This document shows positions 53,557-63,954 of a stretch of 64,000 bases of DNA, piece after piece (the first letter of the stretch is position 1; each line of letters opens with the position of its first letter). This DNA comes from an uncultured Acidobacteriota bacterium (lineage in GTDB: Bacteria > Acidobacteriota > Terriglobia > Terriglobales > Acidobacteriaceae): assembly GCA_963799305.1 (NCBI GenBank), contig CAWCWX010000004.1:43320-107319 (forward strand), read 5' to 3'. The notes under the pieces were generated by a model. The model ran no database searches. It had not been told where the DNA came from and saw only the letters and a program-made list of their open reading frames with translations. The translations under genes and the position numbers were made by a program.

Positions 53557-54927
53557 GTGATCAGGCTTTTCAATGTCTATTACCCGATTCGCACACTGAT
53601 CCTGCTAGCCGGAGAGGCGCTGATCGTATGGACCTCATTCCTGCTTGGGGCAGTGCTCGAACTCAGGGACGACAGTTACCTGGTTCTGAACTACGAAGGG
53701 GGGTACGTCAAAATCTTCGTAGTCACAGGCCTGGTGCTGCTCTGTTCCTATTGGTTTGACCTCTACGATACCGCGCGCCTCACGACCAAGGGCGAACTTT
53801 ACTTCCGCTTGCTGCTGGTCCCGGGGCTGCTCGCTTTCCTGCTGGCTGCGGTGGGCTACATCCATCCCAGTTATCTCATTGGGAATGGAGCCTCCGAGGT
53901 GGGATTGCTGATTCTCACCGTGGCCATGATTGGCTGGCGGCTCGGTTTCGGATGGCTGGTGCAGTTGCCCATTCTTGTAGAACGGATCTATGTCCTAGGA
54001 ACGGGCGAGAGAGCGCAGCGCCTGGTGCAGGGCCTGCGGCAGAATCCGGAACTGGGAGTTGAAGTGGCGAGCTGGACTGGCAAACTGGAGGGCGCCGTCA
54101 CCCGTAATTCTGTCGCCGCTCACCTTATGGAAATCGTCCACCAGCAGAAAGTGCATCGTGTGATTGTTGCCATGCCGGACCGGCGCGGCACCATCCCCAT
54201 GCGGGAGTTGCTCGATCTACGGATGCAAGGTGTGCAGGTAGAAGAAGCAACCTCTTGGCTTGAAAAGATGTCGGGCAAGATCGAAGTCGAAAATCTATAC
54301 CCGAGCTGGCTGATTTTTGCCGACGGTTTCCGCCGCAGTTCGACGTTCATCGTGGTTCGGCGCACGCTGTCGATTGGGATCTCGCTGGCCGGATTGATTC
54401 TGAGCGCGCCGTTGTGGCCGGTGCTGATGCTGGTCATCAAGCTTGATTCGAAGGGGCCGGTTTTTTACACGCAGCGCCGGGTGGGAAAGGGCGGAGGCGT
54501 CTTCAGCGTCATCAAGTTCCGCACCATGCGGCAGGACGCGGAGGCGGCAGGCCCACAGTGGGCGGGTCTGAACGATCCGCGGATCACCAAGGTCGGCAGG
54601 TTTCTGCGATCCTCCCGGCTGGACGAGATTCCGCAGTTGTGGTGCGTGCTCAAGGGGGACATGGCATTCGTGGGCCCGCGACCGGAGCGCCCGGAGTTTG
54701 TGGAGTCCCTCACCAAGGAGATCCCGTTTTACGGCGTGCGGCACATGGTGCGTCCCGGGCTGACGGGATGGGCGCAGATCAAATACAAGTACGGAAGTAC
54801 GGTCGCTGACGCGCGCGAGAAACTGCAGTATGACTTGTTCTATATCAAGAATGCTTCGATTGGACTGGATCTGTTGATCATGTTCCAGACCATCAAGACG
54901 GTGTTGCTGCGCCGGGGCGCGCAATGA
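53557..54927 (+). CDS. Polyprenyl-phosphate sugar-phosphate transferase (priming glycosyltransferase, PEP-CTERM-locus type)
   Basis: GTG start. N-terminus MIRLFNVYYPIRTLILLAGE and the bacterial sugar transferase core KFRTM...DEIPQLWCVLKGDMAFVGPRPERPEF. Confidence 0.9.
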   Translation: MIRLFNVYYPIRTLILLAGEALIVWTSFLLGAVLELRDDSYLVLNYEGGYVKIFVVTGLVLLCSYWFDLYDTARLTTKGELYFRLLLVPGLLAFLLAAVGYIHPSYLIGNGASEVGLLILTVAMIGWRLGFGWLVQLPILVERIYVLGTGERAQRLVQGLRQNPELGVEVASWTGKLEGAVTRNSVAAHLMEIVHQQKVHRVIVAMPDRRGTIPMRELLDLRMQGVQVEEATSWLEKMSGKIEVENLYPSWLIFADGFRRSSTFIVVRRTLSIGISLAGLILSAPLWPVLMLVIKLDSKGPVFYTQRRVGKGGGVFSVIKFRTMRQDAEAAGPQWAGLNDPRITKVGRFLRSSRLDEIPQLWCVLKGDMAFVGPRPERPEFVESLTKEIPFYGVRHMVRPGLTGWAQIKYKYGSTVADAREKLQYDLFYIKNASIGLDLLIMFQTIKTVLLRRGAQ

Positions 54928-56045
54928 AATGGGTGTTCTGGATCGCGGCTGGAGTCATTACCTATGCTTACGTGGGATATGCGGTCTGGTTGTGGATTCG
55001 CAGCGCCTGGTCGCCGCGTCCGGTGCGCCGTGGAGTTGTGGAGCCCACCGTGTCGGCGGTGATGGTGGTTCGCAATGAAGAAGCGGTGATCGCCCGCAAG
55101 CTGGAAAATCTGCTGGCTCTCGAGTATCCGGCGGCCAAGCTGAATGTGGTGGTGGTTTCGGATGGATCGAGTGACGGCACGGAGTCAATACTTCACGCCT
55201 TCAGCCAGCATGGGCGCATCCGGACTTTGTTGAAACCGGAGTCGCAGGGCAAAGCGTTGGGACTGAACGACGCACTCAAGCTTGCGAGCGGAGAAATTTT
55301 GTTATTCACCGACGCTCGCCAGGCCATCGAACCGGGGGCGTTGCGTTTGCTGGTCGAGAATTTCGCCGATCCCGTGGTCGGCTGCGCTAGCGGCGAATTG
55401 ATGCTGGGCGATCCGGCCAACGGGGAAACGGGAAAGGGAATGGGTTTGTACTGGCGCATTGAAAAGAAGATTCGTGAGATGGAGTCGGCTTCCGGATCCG
55501 TTGCCGGCGCCACCGGGGCAATTTACTGCGCGCGCCGCGATTTGCTTGAGCCCCTGCCTGCCGGAACCATTCTCGACGATGTATTGCTTCCCATGCAGAT
55601 TGCGCGAAAGGGCTCGCGGGTGGTCTTCGATTCCCGTGCGCGCGCATGGGACTCTCCGGACCTGGGGGGTAATCGCGAGTTTTCGCGGAAGGTTCGAACC
55701 CTCACGGGGAACTATCAGATCCTCCAACTGGCGCCCTGGCTGTTGAGTTCCAGGAATCCGATTCGATTCGAATACGTCAGCCACAAGCTTTCACGCCTCG
55801 CGGTGCCATTCGCGTTGCTGGCGCTGCTGGTCGCCTCCCTCTTCTTGCCACAGCCGTGGTATCGCGCGGCGCTGGCGGCGCAGGTTGCGTTTTATGCTTT
55901 GAGCGGGTTGGCGATGGCCGGAGTGAAGATCGGTCCGCTGTCGCGAGTTGCAGATGCGGCGCGCACCTTCGTGGTCTTGAATTCTGCTGCGCTGGTGGCT
56001 TTCGTCAACTTTGTGACCGGCAGAAAGGCGGTCTGGGTCCGCTGA
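54924..56045 (+). CDS. Membrane-associated family 2 glycosyltransferase
   Basis: ATGA overlap. VSAVMVVRNEE...VVVVSDGSSDGT...LFTDARQ, with C-terminal TM helices. Confidence 0.85.
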   Translation: MKWVFWIAAGVITYAYVGYAVWLWIRSAWSPRPVRRGVVEPTVSAVMVVRNEEAVIARKLENLLALEYPAAKLNVVVVSDGSSDGTESILHAFSQHGRIRTLLKPESQGKALGLNDALKLASGEILLFTDARQAIEPGALRLLVENFADPVVGCASGELMLGDPANGETGKGMGLYWRIEKKIREMESASGSVAGATGAIYCARRDLLEPLPAGTILDDVLLPMQIARKGSRVVFDSRARAWDSPDLGGNREFSRKVRTLTGNYQILQLAPWLLSSRNPIRFEYVSHKLSRLAVPFALLALLVASLFLPQPWYRAALAAQVAFYALSGLAMAGVKIGPLSRVADAARTFVVLNSAALVAFVNFVTGRKAVWVR

Positions 56046-56050
56046 CTGCC

Positions 56051-57289
56051 ATGCGAATTCTCTGGGTTAAAGCCGATAAGCTCCTACCCGTGGAGAACGG
56101 GGGCAACATCCGCACGTACCATATCTTGCGGCATCTATCGGCACGGCATGAGTTGATTTTCTACTCGTACTACGGGGGTGCGGTGGATAAGGCCTACGAA
56201 CGTGAGTTGCAGCACCGTCTGCCCGGGTCGGTGGCGGTGTGCACTGGCAAGCGTGAGCTGTCAGGAATTTCACGGGGTCTGGACTATCTGGTGCACTTGA
56301 ATTCGCAGCCGCCTTATGCGGTGAGCCGTTTCGCCAGCCTCAAGGTGCAGAATCAGTTGCGATCCTGGTTTGGTGAACAGCACTTTGATGTGGCGGTGTG
56401 CGACTTTCTGGATGCGGCGGTGAATTTTCCGGGACGCTTGAACATTCCCTCTGTGCTGTTTCAGCACAATGTGGAAAGCGAAATCTGGCGGCGGCACGAG
56501 GCCACGGCCTCTTATTCTGTGAAGAAGGCAATGTACGGAATGGAATTCCGCAAGATGGAGCGTTACGAACGGATGGTCGTGCGCAAGTTTCATCATGTCG
56601 TCGCCGTTTCCGAAAGCGATCGCGCCCTCATGACAAAGTGGGTGGACGCCGATCGCGTCACGGTGGTTCCGACGGGAGTGGACCTGGCTGAATATCGGCC
56701 AGCTCCCGAGTCTGCTGAGCCCGGCCCGGTCGTGACATTTGTCGGCGCGATGGATTGGGAGCCGAATGTCGACGGCGTGGAATATTTTGCCAGCGAAGTT
56801 TGGCCAGCCATCAAGGCAGACGTGCCCGAGGCGCGGTTGCGGATCGTAGGGCGGAATCCCGACGGGCGTGTAAAAAAATGGGAGTCGGAATCCATCGAGG
56901 TTACGGGACGCGTCCCTTCGGTGGTGGAATATTTGCGTGAGTCGGCGGTGGTAATTGTGCCCTTGCGCATCGGAGGCGGAACGCGTCTCAAGATCTACGA
57001 AGCGATGGCCACGGCGAAGGCGGTTGTCTCGACCACCGTCGGAGCGGAAGGACTCGACGTTCATCATGGCCGCGACATCATGCTGGCCGACGACCCCGGC
57101 TCCTTCGCCCAGGCTGTGATCATGCTGCTCCGCGACCGCGAACTGCGGCGTCGCTACGAACGGGCTGCCGTGGAAACCGCGGCACGATGTGATTGGGCTG
57201 CAATTGGGGAGCGTTTCGGAGAAGTCTTGCAGGCAGTGGTGCAACGCAAGAAAGCGAAGACAGGCGCAGTTCCCGCGCGTTCGGCATAG
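56051..57289 (+). CDS. Family 4 (GT-B) glycosyltransferase
   Basis: ATG 56051 lies within ORF 55856..57289. MRILWVKADKLLPVENGGNIRTYH and the EX7E region GGTRLKIYEAMATAKAVVST. Confidence 0.85.
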   Translation: MRILWVKADKLLPVENGGNIRTYHILRHLSARHELIFYSYYGGAVDKAYERELQHRLPGSVAVCTGKRELSGISRGLDYLVHLNSQPPYAVSRFASLKVQNQLRSWFGEQHFDVAVCDFLDAAVNFPGRLNIPSVLFQHNVESEIWRRHEATASYSVKKAMYGMEFRKMERYERMVVRKFHHVVAVSESDRALMTKWVDADRVTVVPTGVDLAEYRPAPESAEPGPVVTFVGAMDWEPNVDGVEYFASEVWPAIKADVPEARLRIVGRNPDGRVKKWESESIEVTGRVPSVVEYLRESAVVIVPLRIGGGTRLKIYEAMATAKAVVSTTVGAEGLDVHHGRDIMLADDPGSFAQAVIMLLRDRELRRRYERAAVETAARCDWAAIGERFGEVLQAVVQRKKAKTGAVPARSA

Positions 57290-57360
57290 AGCAGTACGGT
57301 TTCAAGAAAAGAGGGTTTGTGGCAATCGGTGACAACGGAACGGCAGTCGCGACGGATATC

Positions 57361-58674
57361 ATGGGCCGGAGAAAGGTAGCCCCGAGCGGAGACGCCACGA
57401 AGGCCGCATTTTTCTGGCTCAGTGGTTTCTACATCGTGTACTGCGCCCGCCCGGAGGACTGGATTCCCGGACTGCAATACGCTCCCTTGGCGAAGATCAC
57501 CGCCATTCTGGCGATGTGGGCCATGTTCAACAACCAGGGACGGCTGAAGCGTACCTTCAGGGACGTGCCAAAAGAAGGAAAAATACTGCTCGCGATGATC
57601 TGTCTTCTCTTCGTGAGTGCCGGGTTGTCACCGATCTGGAAGGGCGGCTCACTGGACAAGACGATGGACTTCTCCAAGGTCTTTATCGCCTGGGTGCTGA
57701 CATTCCTGCTGATCACAACCTTCGAACGCTTGCGCAAGATTATCTTCATCCAGGCGGCTTCAGTGGTGGTGGTGGCCTCCGTTTCCATTATCAAGGGCCA
57801 GGACACGCCACGCCTCCAGGGCGTGCTGGGGGGCATCTATTCCAACCCGAACGACCTTGCTTTCGCGCTCGTGTTGTCGCTACCCTTCGCGCTCGCGTTT
57901 ATGGTTACGGCCCGGAGTGCTTTCGTGAAGGCGCTTTGGCTGGGCGGAATTCTCATCATGTCCACCGCGCTGTTCATGACCGCATCACGCGCGGGGTTCC
58001 TGAATTTGCTCATCACTGGCACGGTGACGCTTTATTACTTTGGTATCAAGGGAAAACGCTACTACCTGATTGCCGCCACCCTGGTGGTGGTCACGCTCCT
58101 GATGGCAACGGTGGGTGGCAAGCTCTACGCCCGCTTTGAGGCGATTTCCGGCGACGCGGGTGGCGAATCGTCCGCCGAGGCCTCCTACGAGGACCGCAAA
58201 TACCTCATGGAGCGCGCGCTGGTGGGGATCGAACACTATCCTATTCTGGGTTTGGGGCCGCGCAATTTCAATACCTACTCCCTGATCTGGCACGAAGTCC
58301 ACATGACTTACCTCCAGATCTGCGTCGAGGGCGGCATTCCGGCGCTGGTTCTGTACCTGATGTTCTTCGCCGGCGGCTTCCGGAATCTGAGAATTCTGCA
58401 AAAGACCAAGGGTCTCGACGAACACACTGTACTGTTTATTGGAGCGCTGCACTCTTCCCTTGTGGGCTTTGCGGTAGGAGCGCTGTTTGCTCCTGAGGCG
58501 TATCAGTACTTCCCCTATTTCGCCGTCGCGTTCACATCCACGCTGTTGCAGACCGTAAGAGAACGAGAGAGAGAACAAGGACCGGATCCGGCGGCCCCTG
58601 CGCCGAAGAAACCGCGTCACTTCCTGGAGGCATATGCCGACGATCGAACAACAGCTCCGGCCCCTGTCCGATGA
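57361..58674 (+). CDS. O-antigen ligase/polymerase-like (Wzy_C) membrane protein
   Basis: ATG 57361 lies within ORF 57193..58674. About 10-12 TM segments and the Wzy_C-like string MTASRAGFLNLLITG. Confidence 0.8.
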   Translation: MGRRKVAPSGDATKAAFFWLSGFYIVYCARPEDWIPGLQYAPLAKITAILAMWAMFNNQGRLKRTFRDVPKEGKILLAMICLLFVSAGLSPIWKGGSLDKTMDFSKVFIAWVLTFLLITTFERLRKIIFIQAASVVVVASVSIIKGQDTPRLQGVLGGIYSNPNDLAFALVLSLPFALAFMVTARSAFVKALWLGGILIMSTALFMTASRAGFLNLLITGTVTLYYFGIKGKRYYLIAATLVVVTLLMATVGGKLYARFEAISGDAGGESSAEASYEDRKYLMERALVGIEHYPILGLGPRNFNTYSLIWHEVHMTYLQICVEGGIPALVLYLMFFAGGFRNLRILQKTKGLDEHTVLFIGALHSSLVGFAVGALFAPEAYQYFPYFAVAFTSTLLQTVREREREQGPDPAAPAPKKPRHFLEAYADDRTTAPAPVR

Positions 58675-59605
58675 TTTGCAGTCGATTCTTCGTTGCCTGA
58701 GTTGCGGAGGACGGCTGGACAGCGATGGCTCCGGGGGCTTTGTGTGTCCTGGGTGTAAGCGTGCTTACGCGAACGTTCTGGGCATCGCGCGATTTGTCGA
58801 CGCTCAGCACTACGCGGCCAGCTTTGGATTTCAATGGCATCGCTACCAGAAGACGCAGCTGGGGGAGAATGACGTCCGTGGTTCGGAGCATCAGTTCGAG
58901 ATGAAGACTGGGCTGCGTCGCGAAGAATTAAGAAACAAGCTGGTTCTCGATGTGGGTTGCGGCATGGGCCGCTTTGCCGAAGTGGCGACACGCTGGGGAG
59001 CGAGGGTCGTGGGAATCGATTTGAGCGCCGCGGCAGAAGTGGCGGCGAAGAACCTTGCTGATCGGGATTTTGTGGCGATGCAGGCGGACGTCTTCGCACT
59101 GCCCTTTGTTCCCGAAAGCTTTGACATCATTTATAGCGTGGGCGTTCTGCATCACACGCCGGATTGCGAAGCGGCCGTAAAGGCATTGGGAAAATATCTC
59201 AAGCCGGGGGGAGTGCTCGCGGTGTGGTTGTACAGCGGCTATAACAAGTGGTACCGCTTCAGTGATTTCTGGCGGCGCTTTACCCATAAAATGAAGCCCG
59301 AAACCCTGCACGGAATACTGAAGGTAGCCGTACCGAGCTTTTATCATCTAGGCCGCACCCTGCGGAAAGTGCCGGTCCTTGGGGCTCCGGTCGCGGGCGT
59401 GATCCATCACGTATTTCCCGTGAATCGTCACCCCGACGCGGAGACGCGAATGCTCGATACTTTCGATTGGTATTCCCCGAAATATCAGTCGAAACACACC
59501 TACGAACAGGTATTTCGCTGGTACGAGTCGATGGGAATGGAAGACATGCGGATCGGCGAAGTATCCATAGCGGTTCGGGGACGGAAGCCGGAGCGAACGG
59601 CATAG
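58634..59605 (+). CDS. Class I SAM-dependent methyltransferase with an N-terminal Trm112-like zinc ribbon
   Basis: LRCLSCGGRLD....FVCPGCKRAY, then the SAM motif I VLDVGCGMGRF. It overlaps the previous gene by 41 nt. Confidence 0.85.
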   Translation: MPTIEQQLRPLSDDLQSILRCLSCGGRLDSDGSGGFVCPGCKRAYANVLGIARFVDAQHYAASFGFQWHRYQKTQLGENDVRGSEHQFEMKTGLRREELRNKLVLDVGCGMGRFAEVATRWGARVVGIDLSAAAEVAAKNLADRDFVAMQADVFALPFVPESFDIIYSVGVLHHTPDCEAAVKALGKYLKPGGVLAVWLYSGYNKWYRFSDFWRRFTHKMKPETLHGILKVAVPSFYHLGRTLRKVPVLGAPVAGVIHHVFPVNRHPDAETRMLDTFDWYSPKYQSKHTYEQVFRWYESMGMEDMRIGEVSIAVRGRKPERTA

Positions 59606-59628
59606 CGGGAAGTTGCCGTTTCCACAAC

Positions 59629-60804
59629 ATGAGCCTGCAAAAGAAAATTGCGTACGCAAAGAAAGTTCTGCCGGGCGCGACTTGGAGAGCGCTGGGAGCG
59701 GCTCCGCACGGTCCTGTGCATCTCATGATCGCTGTCGCTGATCATTTCGAGCCCGCCATTGACCCGGATAGTGGACGAACACGGGTTCCGCGTCCGGAGC
59801 AGGAACGAAGGCTGGAATGGTGGACCCGAGAATATCCGGGAGTCGTGGATCGCTGGCGCGATCGTGATGGACGTCCGTTGACTCACACTTATTTCTATCC
59901 GGCCGAGCAATACGATGAAGGTCTGGTTGAGATGCTCGCCGATCACTGCCATGCCGGATGGGGAGAGGTGGAGATTCATCTTCACCATGGATGGGACCAT
60001 CCCGACACCGCTGAAAACACGCGTCGTGTGCTGACGGAGTTTCGCGACCACCTGGCGTTTCGCCATCGTTGCCTGTCAATGGAACCGGGTTCCAACCTTC
60101 CCCGCTACGGTTTTGTACACGGAGATTTTGCGCTGGCCAATTCGTCGGGCGGGCACGCCTGCGGCGTGGACGCAGAAATGCAGATTCTTGCCGAGACCGG
60201 CTGTTACGCGGACTTTACGCTGCCGACGGGACCGCTTCATCCCGCGCAAACGGCAAAGATCAACTCGGTTTACGAGTGCGCGTTGCCGCTGGATCAGGCC
60301 GCGCCACATCGCAAGGGGCTTAACCTCACCGCCGGTAAGACGCCGCGAATCTTTCCTTTGATGGTGCAGGGGCCTGTGCTCACCGATCTAAGACGCAGCG
60401 CTAGTTCGATGAAACTGATTCTGGAAACGAGTGCGATCACGCGGCCGAATCCGGCGAGTCTGCACCGGTTGGCACTCTGGAAGCAGGCTCGCGTGCACGT
60501 CCTAGGACGTCCCGAGTGGCTCTTCATCAAACTGCATTGCCATAGTATGGAACCAACGCAGAAGGATGCCGTGATCGGCGACTCCTTCCGGAAGTTTCTA
60601 AAGGAACTGGTTGAGGGCGCGGCGCAACGCGACGAAACCCTGCATTTTGTCACTGCGAGGGAATTGACCAATATTCTTCTCGCGGCCTGTGACGGGCGGG
60701 AAGGCGATCCGGGCCAGTATCGCGATTATCGCTTCAAACGCCTGGTGGACATGCCGGATGCTCTGCAGCAACAGGCTTCGTCTCCGGTGGCTGTGAAAGG
60801 CTAA
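59629..60804 (+). CDS. Hypothetical protein (His-rich, possible metal-dependent carbohydrate esterase/hydrolase-like)
   Basis: ATG 59629 lies within ORF 59467..60804. Strings are HLMIAVADHFEP, EVEIHLHHGWDHPD, FVHGDFALAN and IKLHCHSME. I could not make a confident family assignment. Confidence 0.6.
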   Translation: MSLQKKIAYAKKVLPGATWRALGAAPHGPVHLMIAVADHFEPAIDPDSGRTRVPRPEQERRLEWWTREYPGVVDRWRDRDGRPLTHTYFYPAEQYDEGLVEMLADHCHAGWGEVEIHLHHGWDHPDTAENTRRVLTEFRDHLAFRHRCLSMEPGSNLPRYGFVHGDFALANSSGGHACGVDAEMQILAETGCYADFTLPTGPLHPAQTAKINSVYECALPLDQAAPHRKGLNLTAGKTPRIFPLMVQGPVLTDLRRSASSMKLILETSAITRPNPASLHRLALWKQARVHVLGRPEWLFIKLHCHSMEPTQKDAVIGDSFRKFLKELVEGAAQRDETLHFVTARELTNILLAACDGREGDPGQYRDYRFKRLVDMPDALQQQASSPVAVKG

Positions 60805-60812
60805 GATTCGAT

Positions 60813-62789
60813 ATGTGCGGGATCGCGGGAGTGGTGAGCGCAACTCGGGAAAGCAATATCACCGAGGCACTGGTGCGCCATATGTGCGACCAGATCGTCT
60901 ACCGCGGGCCGGACGACGAGGGCATTCTCGTCCAGGACGGCGCTGGACTGGGCATGCGCCGCCTGAGCATCATCGATCTCTCCGGGGGCCACCAGCCGGT
61001 TTTCAACGAAGACCGCACGGCATGGATCGTCTACAACGGCGAGATCTACAATTTTCCCGAACTGCGCGCGGGGCTGGAGAGCCGCGGCCATCGCTTTTAT
61101 ACGCGATCCGATACAGAAGTCATCATTCACCTCTACGAAGAAATGGGCGCTGACTGCGTCAAGAAATTGCGCGGGATGTTTGGGCTGGCCATCTACGACA
61201 AGGTGAAGCGGAAGCTTTTGCTTGCGCGTGATCGGCTCGGCAAGAAGCCGTTGCATTACGCGCAGGTTGGGAACAAGCTTTACTTCGCATCGGAAATCAA
61301 GTCGATACTGGCGGTGGTCCCGGAACTGGCCGAGGTCAACTCGCAAGGCCTGCTCGAATATCTGAATTTCGGCTACGTGCCCGATCCCATTACCATCTTC
61401 ACCGGAATCCAAAAGCTGCCTCCTGGGCATCTGCTGGAGTTTGCCGACGGTAAGATTCAGATCCGTCAATATTGGGATCTTCCTCAATATGGCACCCATG
61501 TACCCAAGAGCGAAGAGGAATGCCTGGAGGAATTGGAGCGGAGGTTGTTTGAGGCGACGCGCATCCGCCTGATCTCGGATGTTCCTTTGGGGGCGTTTCT
61601 GAGCGGTGGGGTCGACTCTTCAACGGTGGTCGCCTTAATGGCCCGCGCCAGTTCCGCCCCGGTCAAGACTTTCTCCATCGGATTTAAACACGACGATTTC
61701 AATGAGGCCCATTTCGCGCGGATCGTCGCCCGCAAGTTCGGCACCGACCATCACGAACTGATTCTGGAGCCGAATGTAGTCGAGACCGTCGAACATCTGA
61801 CGAGTTCGCTGGAGGAACCGTTCGGCGATTCCTCGATGCTGCCGACCTACTATGTCTCCGAGATGGCGCGCAGGCATGTGACTGTGGCGCTCTCCGGCGA
61901 CGGTGGCGACGAGATGTTTGCCGGGTACGACCGCTACGGTATTCATGCCAGGCGCCGGGTCTTTGAAGCAATTCCGGAATCGGCCCGTCGCTTTTATCGG
62001 GAGAGTATTTTTCCCTGGCTACCGCGCAACATGCCAGGCCGAAGGTTCAGCTACAACGTCACATTGCCGTGGCAGGAGAGGTACGTCGACGGGCTTTCTT
62101 TTCTTCCAGCCTTCGAACGGGATTTTCCCATTCTGTCCCACGATTTCCGGGACCTACTCCAACGGAGCGTAGATCCGGGGAATGCACTACGGCGAGCGTT
62201 TGCCCAGGCCCCGGCACATGATCCCGTGAGCGAAATCCTGTATGTGGACACCAAGACTTATCTGGTCGGAGATATCCTTACGAAGGTCGACCGTATGAGC
62301 ATGCTGAACTCGCTCGAGGTACGGGTACCGATGCTGGATCATGAGTTTGTCGAGTGGGTCGCCGCCCTGCCTGCACAGTGGAAGCGGCGCGGCCAGGCTC
62401 CAAAGTACATTCTTCGGCGGCTGGCGGAGCGAGTTGGTGTTCCGCGCGAAGTGCTTTACCGCAAGAAACAGGGTTTCTCCCTTCCGCTCGCACACTGGAT
62501 GCGGAATGAATTGAAGGGCATGCTGGGTATCCTCCTGGATGAGCGGACGTTGGAACGAGGGTACTTTGATCCCAGCGGAGTGCGGAGGCTGATGGATGAT
62601 CACTTGCGTGGTCGCCGGGAACTCAGCGCGCGTCTGTGGCGCTTGTTGATCTTTGAGCTCTGGCATCGCAACTTTCTGGAAAAGTTCGTCCGCCCCGCGG
62701 GGCTGTTCACATTGCCAATTGTGGCCGACTCCCGCCGAACCACGCCAAATCCCGCGCCGGCGCTGGCTTCTGCCCCTATCGGAGAGTGA
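60813..62789 (+). CDS. asnB: Asparagine synthase (glutamine-hydrolysing) family amidotransferase, EPS-locus type
   Basis: N-terminal nucleophile MCGIAGV, the GATase-II strings RGPDDEG and HQP, and the synthetase PP-loop SDVPLGAFLSGGVDSS. Confidence 0.9.
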   Translation: MCGIAGVVSATRESNITEALVRHMCDQIVYRGPDDEGILVQDGAGLGMRRLSIIDLSGGHQPVFNEDRTAWIVYNGEIYNFPELRAGLESRGHRFYTRSDTEVIIHLYEEMGADCVKKLRGMFGLAIYDKVKRKLLLARDRLGKKPLHYAQVGNKLYFASEIKSILAVVPELAEVNSQGLLEYLNFGYVPDPITIFTGIQKLPPGHLLEFADGKIQIRQYWDLPQYGTHVPKSEEECLEELERRLFEATRIRLISDVPLGAFLSGGVDSSTVVALMARASSAPVKTFSIGFKHDDFNEAHFARIVARKFGTDHHELILEPNVVETVEHLTSSLEEPFGDSSMLPTYYVSEMARRHVTVALSGDGGDEMFAGYDRYGIHARRRVFEAIPESARRFYRESIFPWLPRNMPGRRFSYNVTLPWQERYVDGLSFLPAFERDFPILSHDFRDLLQRSVDPGNALRRAFAQAPAHDPVSEILYVDTKTYLVGDILTKVDRMSMLNSLEVRVPMLDHEFVEWVAALPAQWKRRGQAPKYILRRLAERVGVPREVLYRKKQGFSLPLAHWMRNELKGMLGILLDERTLERGYFDPSGVRRLMDDHLRGRRELSARLWRLLIFELWHRNFLEKFVRPAGLFTLPIVADSRRTTPNPAPALASAPIGE

Positions 62790-62811
62790 CTTGTCACCAG
62801 CCAGTCCGGCA

Positions 62812-63954
62812 GTGAATACAAGTCCCATCGCGCGCGTCCCGCATCTTGTCAGCCTGTTTCTCATGACCAATACCTTCGAAACGGGCGGCTCGGAGCGCCA
62901 GCTCGCCGTTCTCGCGAAGAGTCTGAGCCAAGAGCGATTTCAACTTCATGTGGGATGCATTCGTCGCGACGGCCCTTTCGCGCAAGACTTCCCGGATACA
63001 CCAGAATTTCGGCTGGGCGGAAGTTTGTATGGCTGGCAATCGCTGCGCACACGGCTGCGTCTGTCGCGGCATCTGCGGCGCAATCAAGTCCAGATTGCTC
63101 ATGCCTTCGATTTCTATACCACTCTGACCTTGGTGCCCGCAGCCCGGCTCGCCCGCGTGCCGGTGGTGATCGGAAGCTTTCGCCAGCTCGGCGATCTACT
63201 GACTCCCGCACAATTTCGAATTCAGGCGATAGCGTTTCGTTGCTGTGACGCCGTCGTGTGCAATTCGCAGGCTGGAGCCGATTGGCTGGCCGCCGACGGA
63301 ATGGCACAGGACAAGCTTGTCGTCATCGGAAACGCCTTGCCTGACGAGGCATTTGCTACAGTGCCTCTGACGTTGGCCAAGCGTCCGGGCGTGCTGCGCG
63401 TGGGCATGGTGGCGCGCATGAATGCGCGGTACAAGAATCACTCGGGGTTTCTGCGGATCGCGGCGCGCATCCGCGCGCAATTTCCGGGGACCGAGTTTGT
63501 CCTGGCGGGAGACGGACCCCTGCGAAAGGAAATCGAGCAGGAAGCGCAGAGCCTGGGTCTGGGAAATCACGTAGTGTTCCTCGGAGATCGTCGCGATGTT
63601 TCCGCCGTGCTGGCTTCGATGGATGTAGCTGTCCTTACTTCCGATTCCGAGGGCCTTTCCAATGTCATCCTCGAAGCTATGGCTGCAGGCGTACCGGTGG
63701 TTGCGTACGATGTGGGCGGAAATCGCGAACTGGTGAACGACGATCGGGGCGCGATCATTCGACCCGGCGATGAAGACCAATTCGCCGCCGCCGTAGGACA
63801 CTTGCTCGATCAACCCGTTCTTCGGGAAAAACTAGCGCACAATGCGCGGGCTTTCGCGGCAGAGAAGTTCAGTCTGCAACGTATCCAGGCCGCGTATGAG
63901 GAACTCTATCTGTCGCTGCTGGCACGGAAGGGTGGAAGGACTACTGCCGGATGA
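62812..63954 (+). CDS. Family 4 (GT-B) glycosyltransferase
   Basis: ORF 62653..63954. Plausible starts after the asnB stop are TTG 62791, GTG 62812 and ATG 62863. ETGGSERQ near the N-terminus, and the EX7E region SDSEGLSNVILEAMAAGVPVVA. Confidence 0.85.
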   Translation: MNTSPIARVPHLVSLFLMTNTFETGGSERQLAVLAKSLSQERFQLHVGCIRRDGPFAQDFPDTPEFRLGGSLYGWQSLRTRLRLSRHLRRNQVQIAHAFDFYTTLTLVPAARLARVPVVIGSFRQLGDLLTPAQFRIQAIAFRCCDAVVCNSQAGADWLAADGMAQDKLVVIGNALPDEAFATVPLTLAKRPGVLRVGMVARMNARYKNHSGFLRIAARIRAQFPGTEFVLAGDGPLRKEIEQEAQSLGLGNHVVFLGDRRDVSAVLASMDVAVLTSDSEGLSNVILEAMAAGVPVVAYDVGGNRELVNDDRGAIIRPGDEDQFAAAVGHLLDQPVLREKLAHNARAFAAEKFSLQRIQAAYEELYLSLLARKGGRTTAG

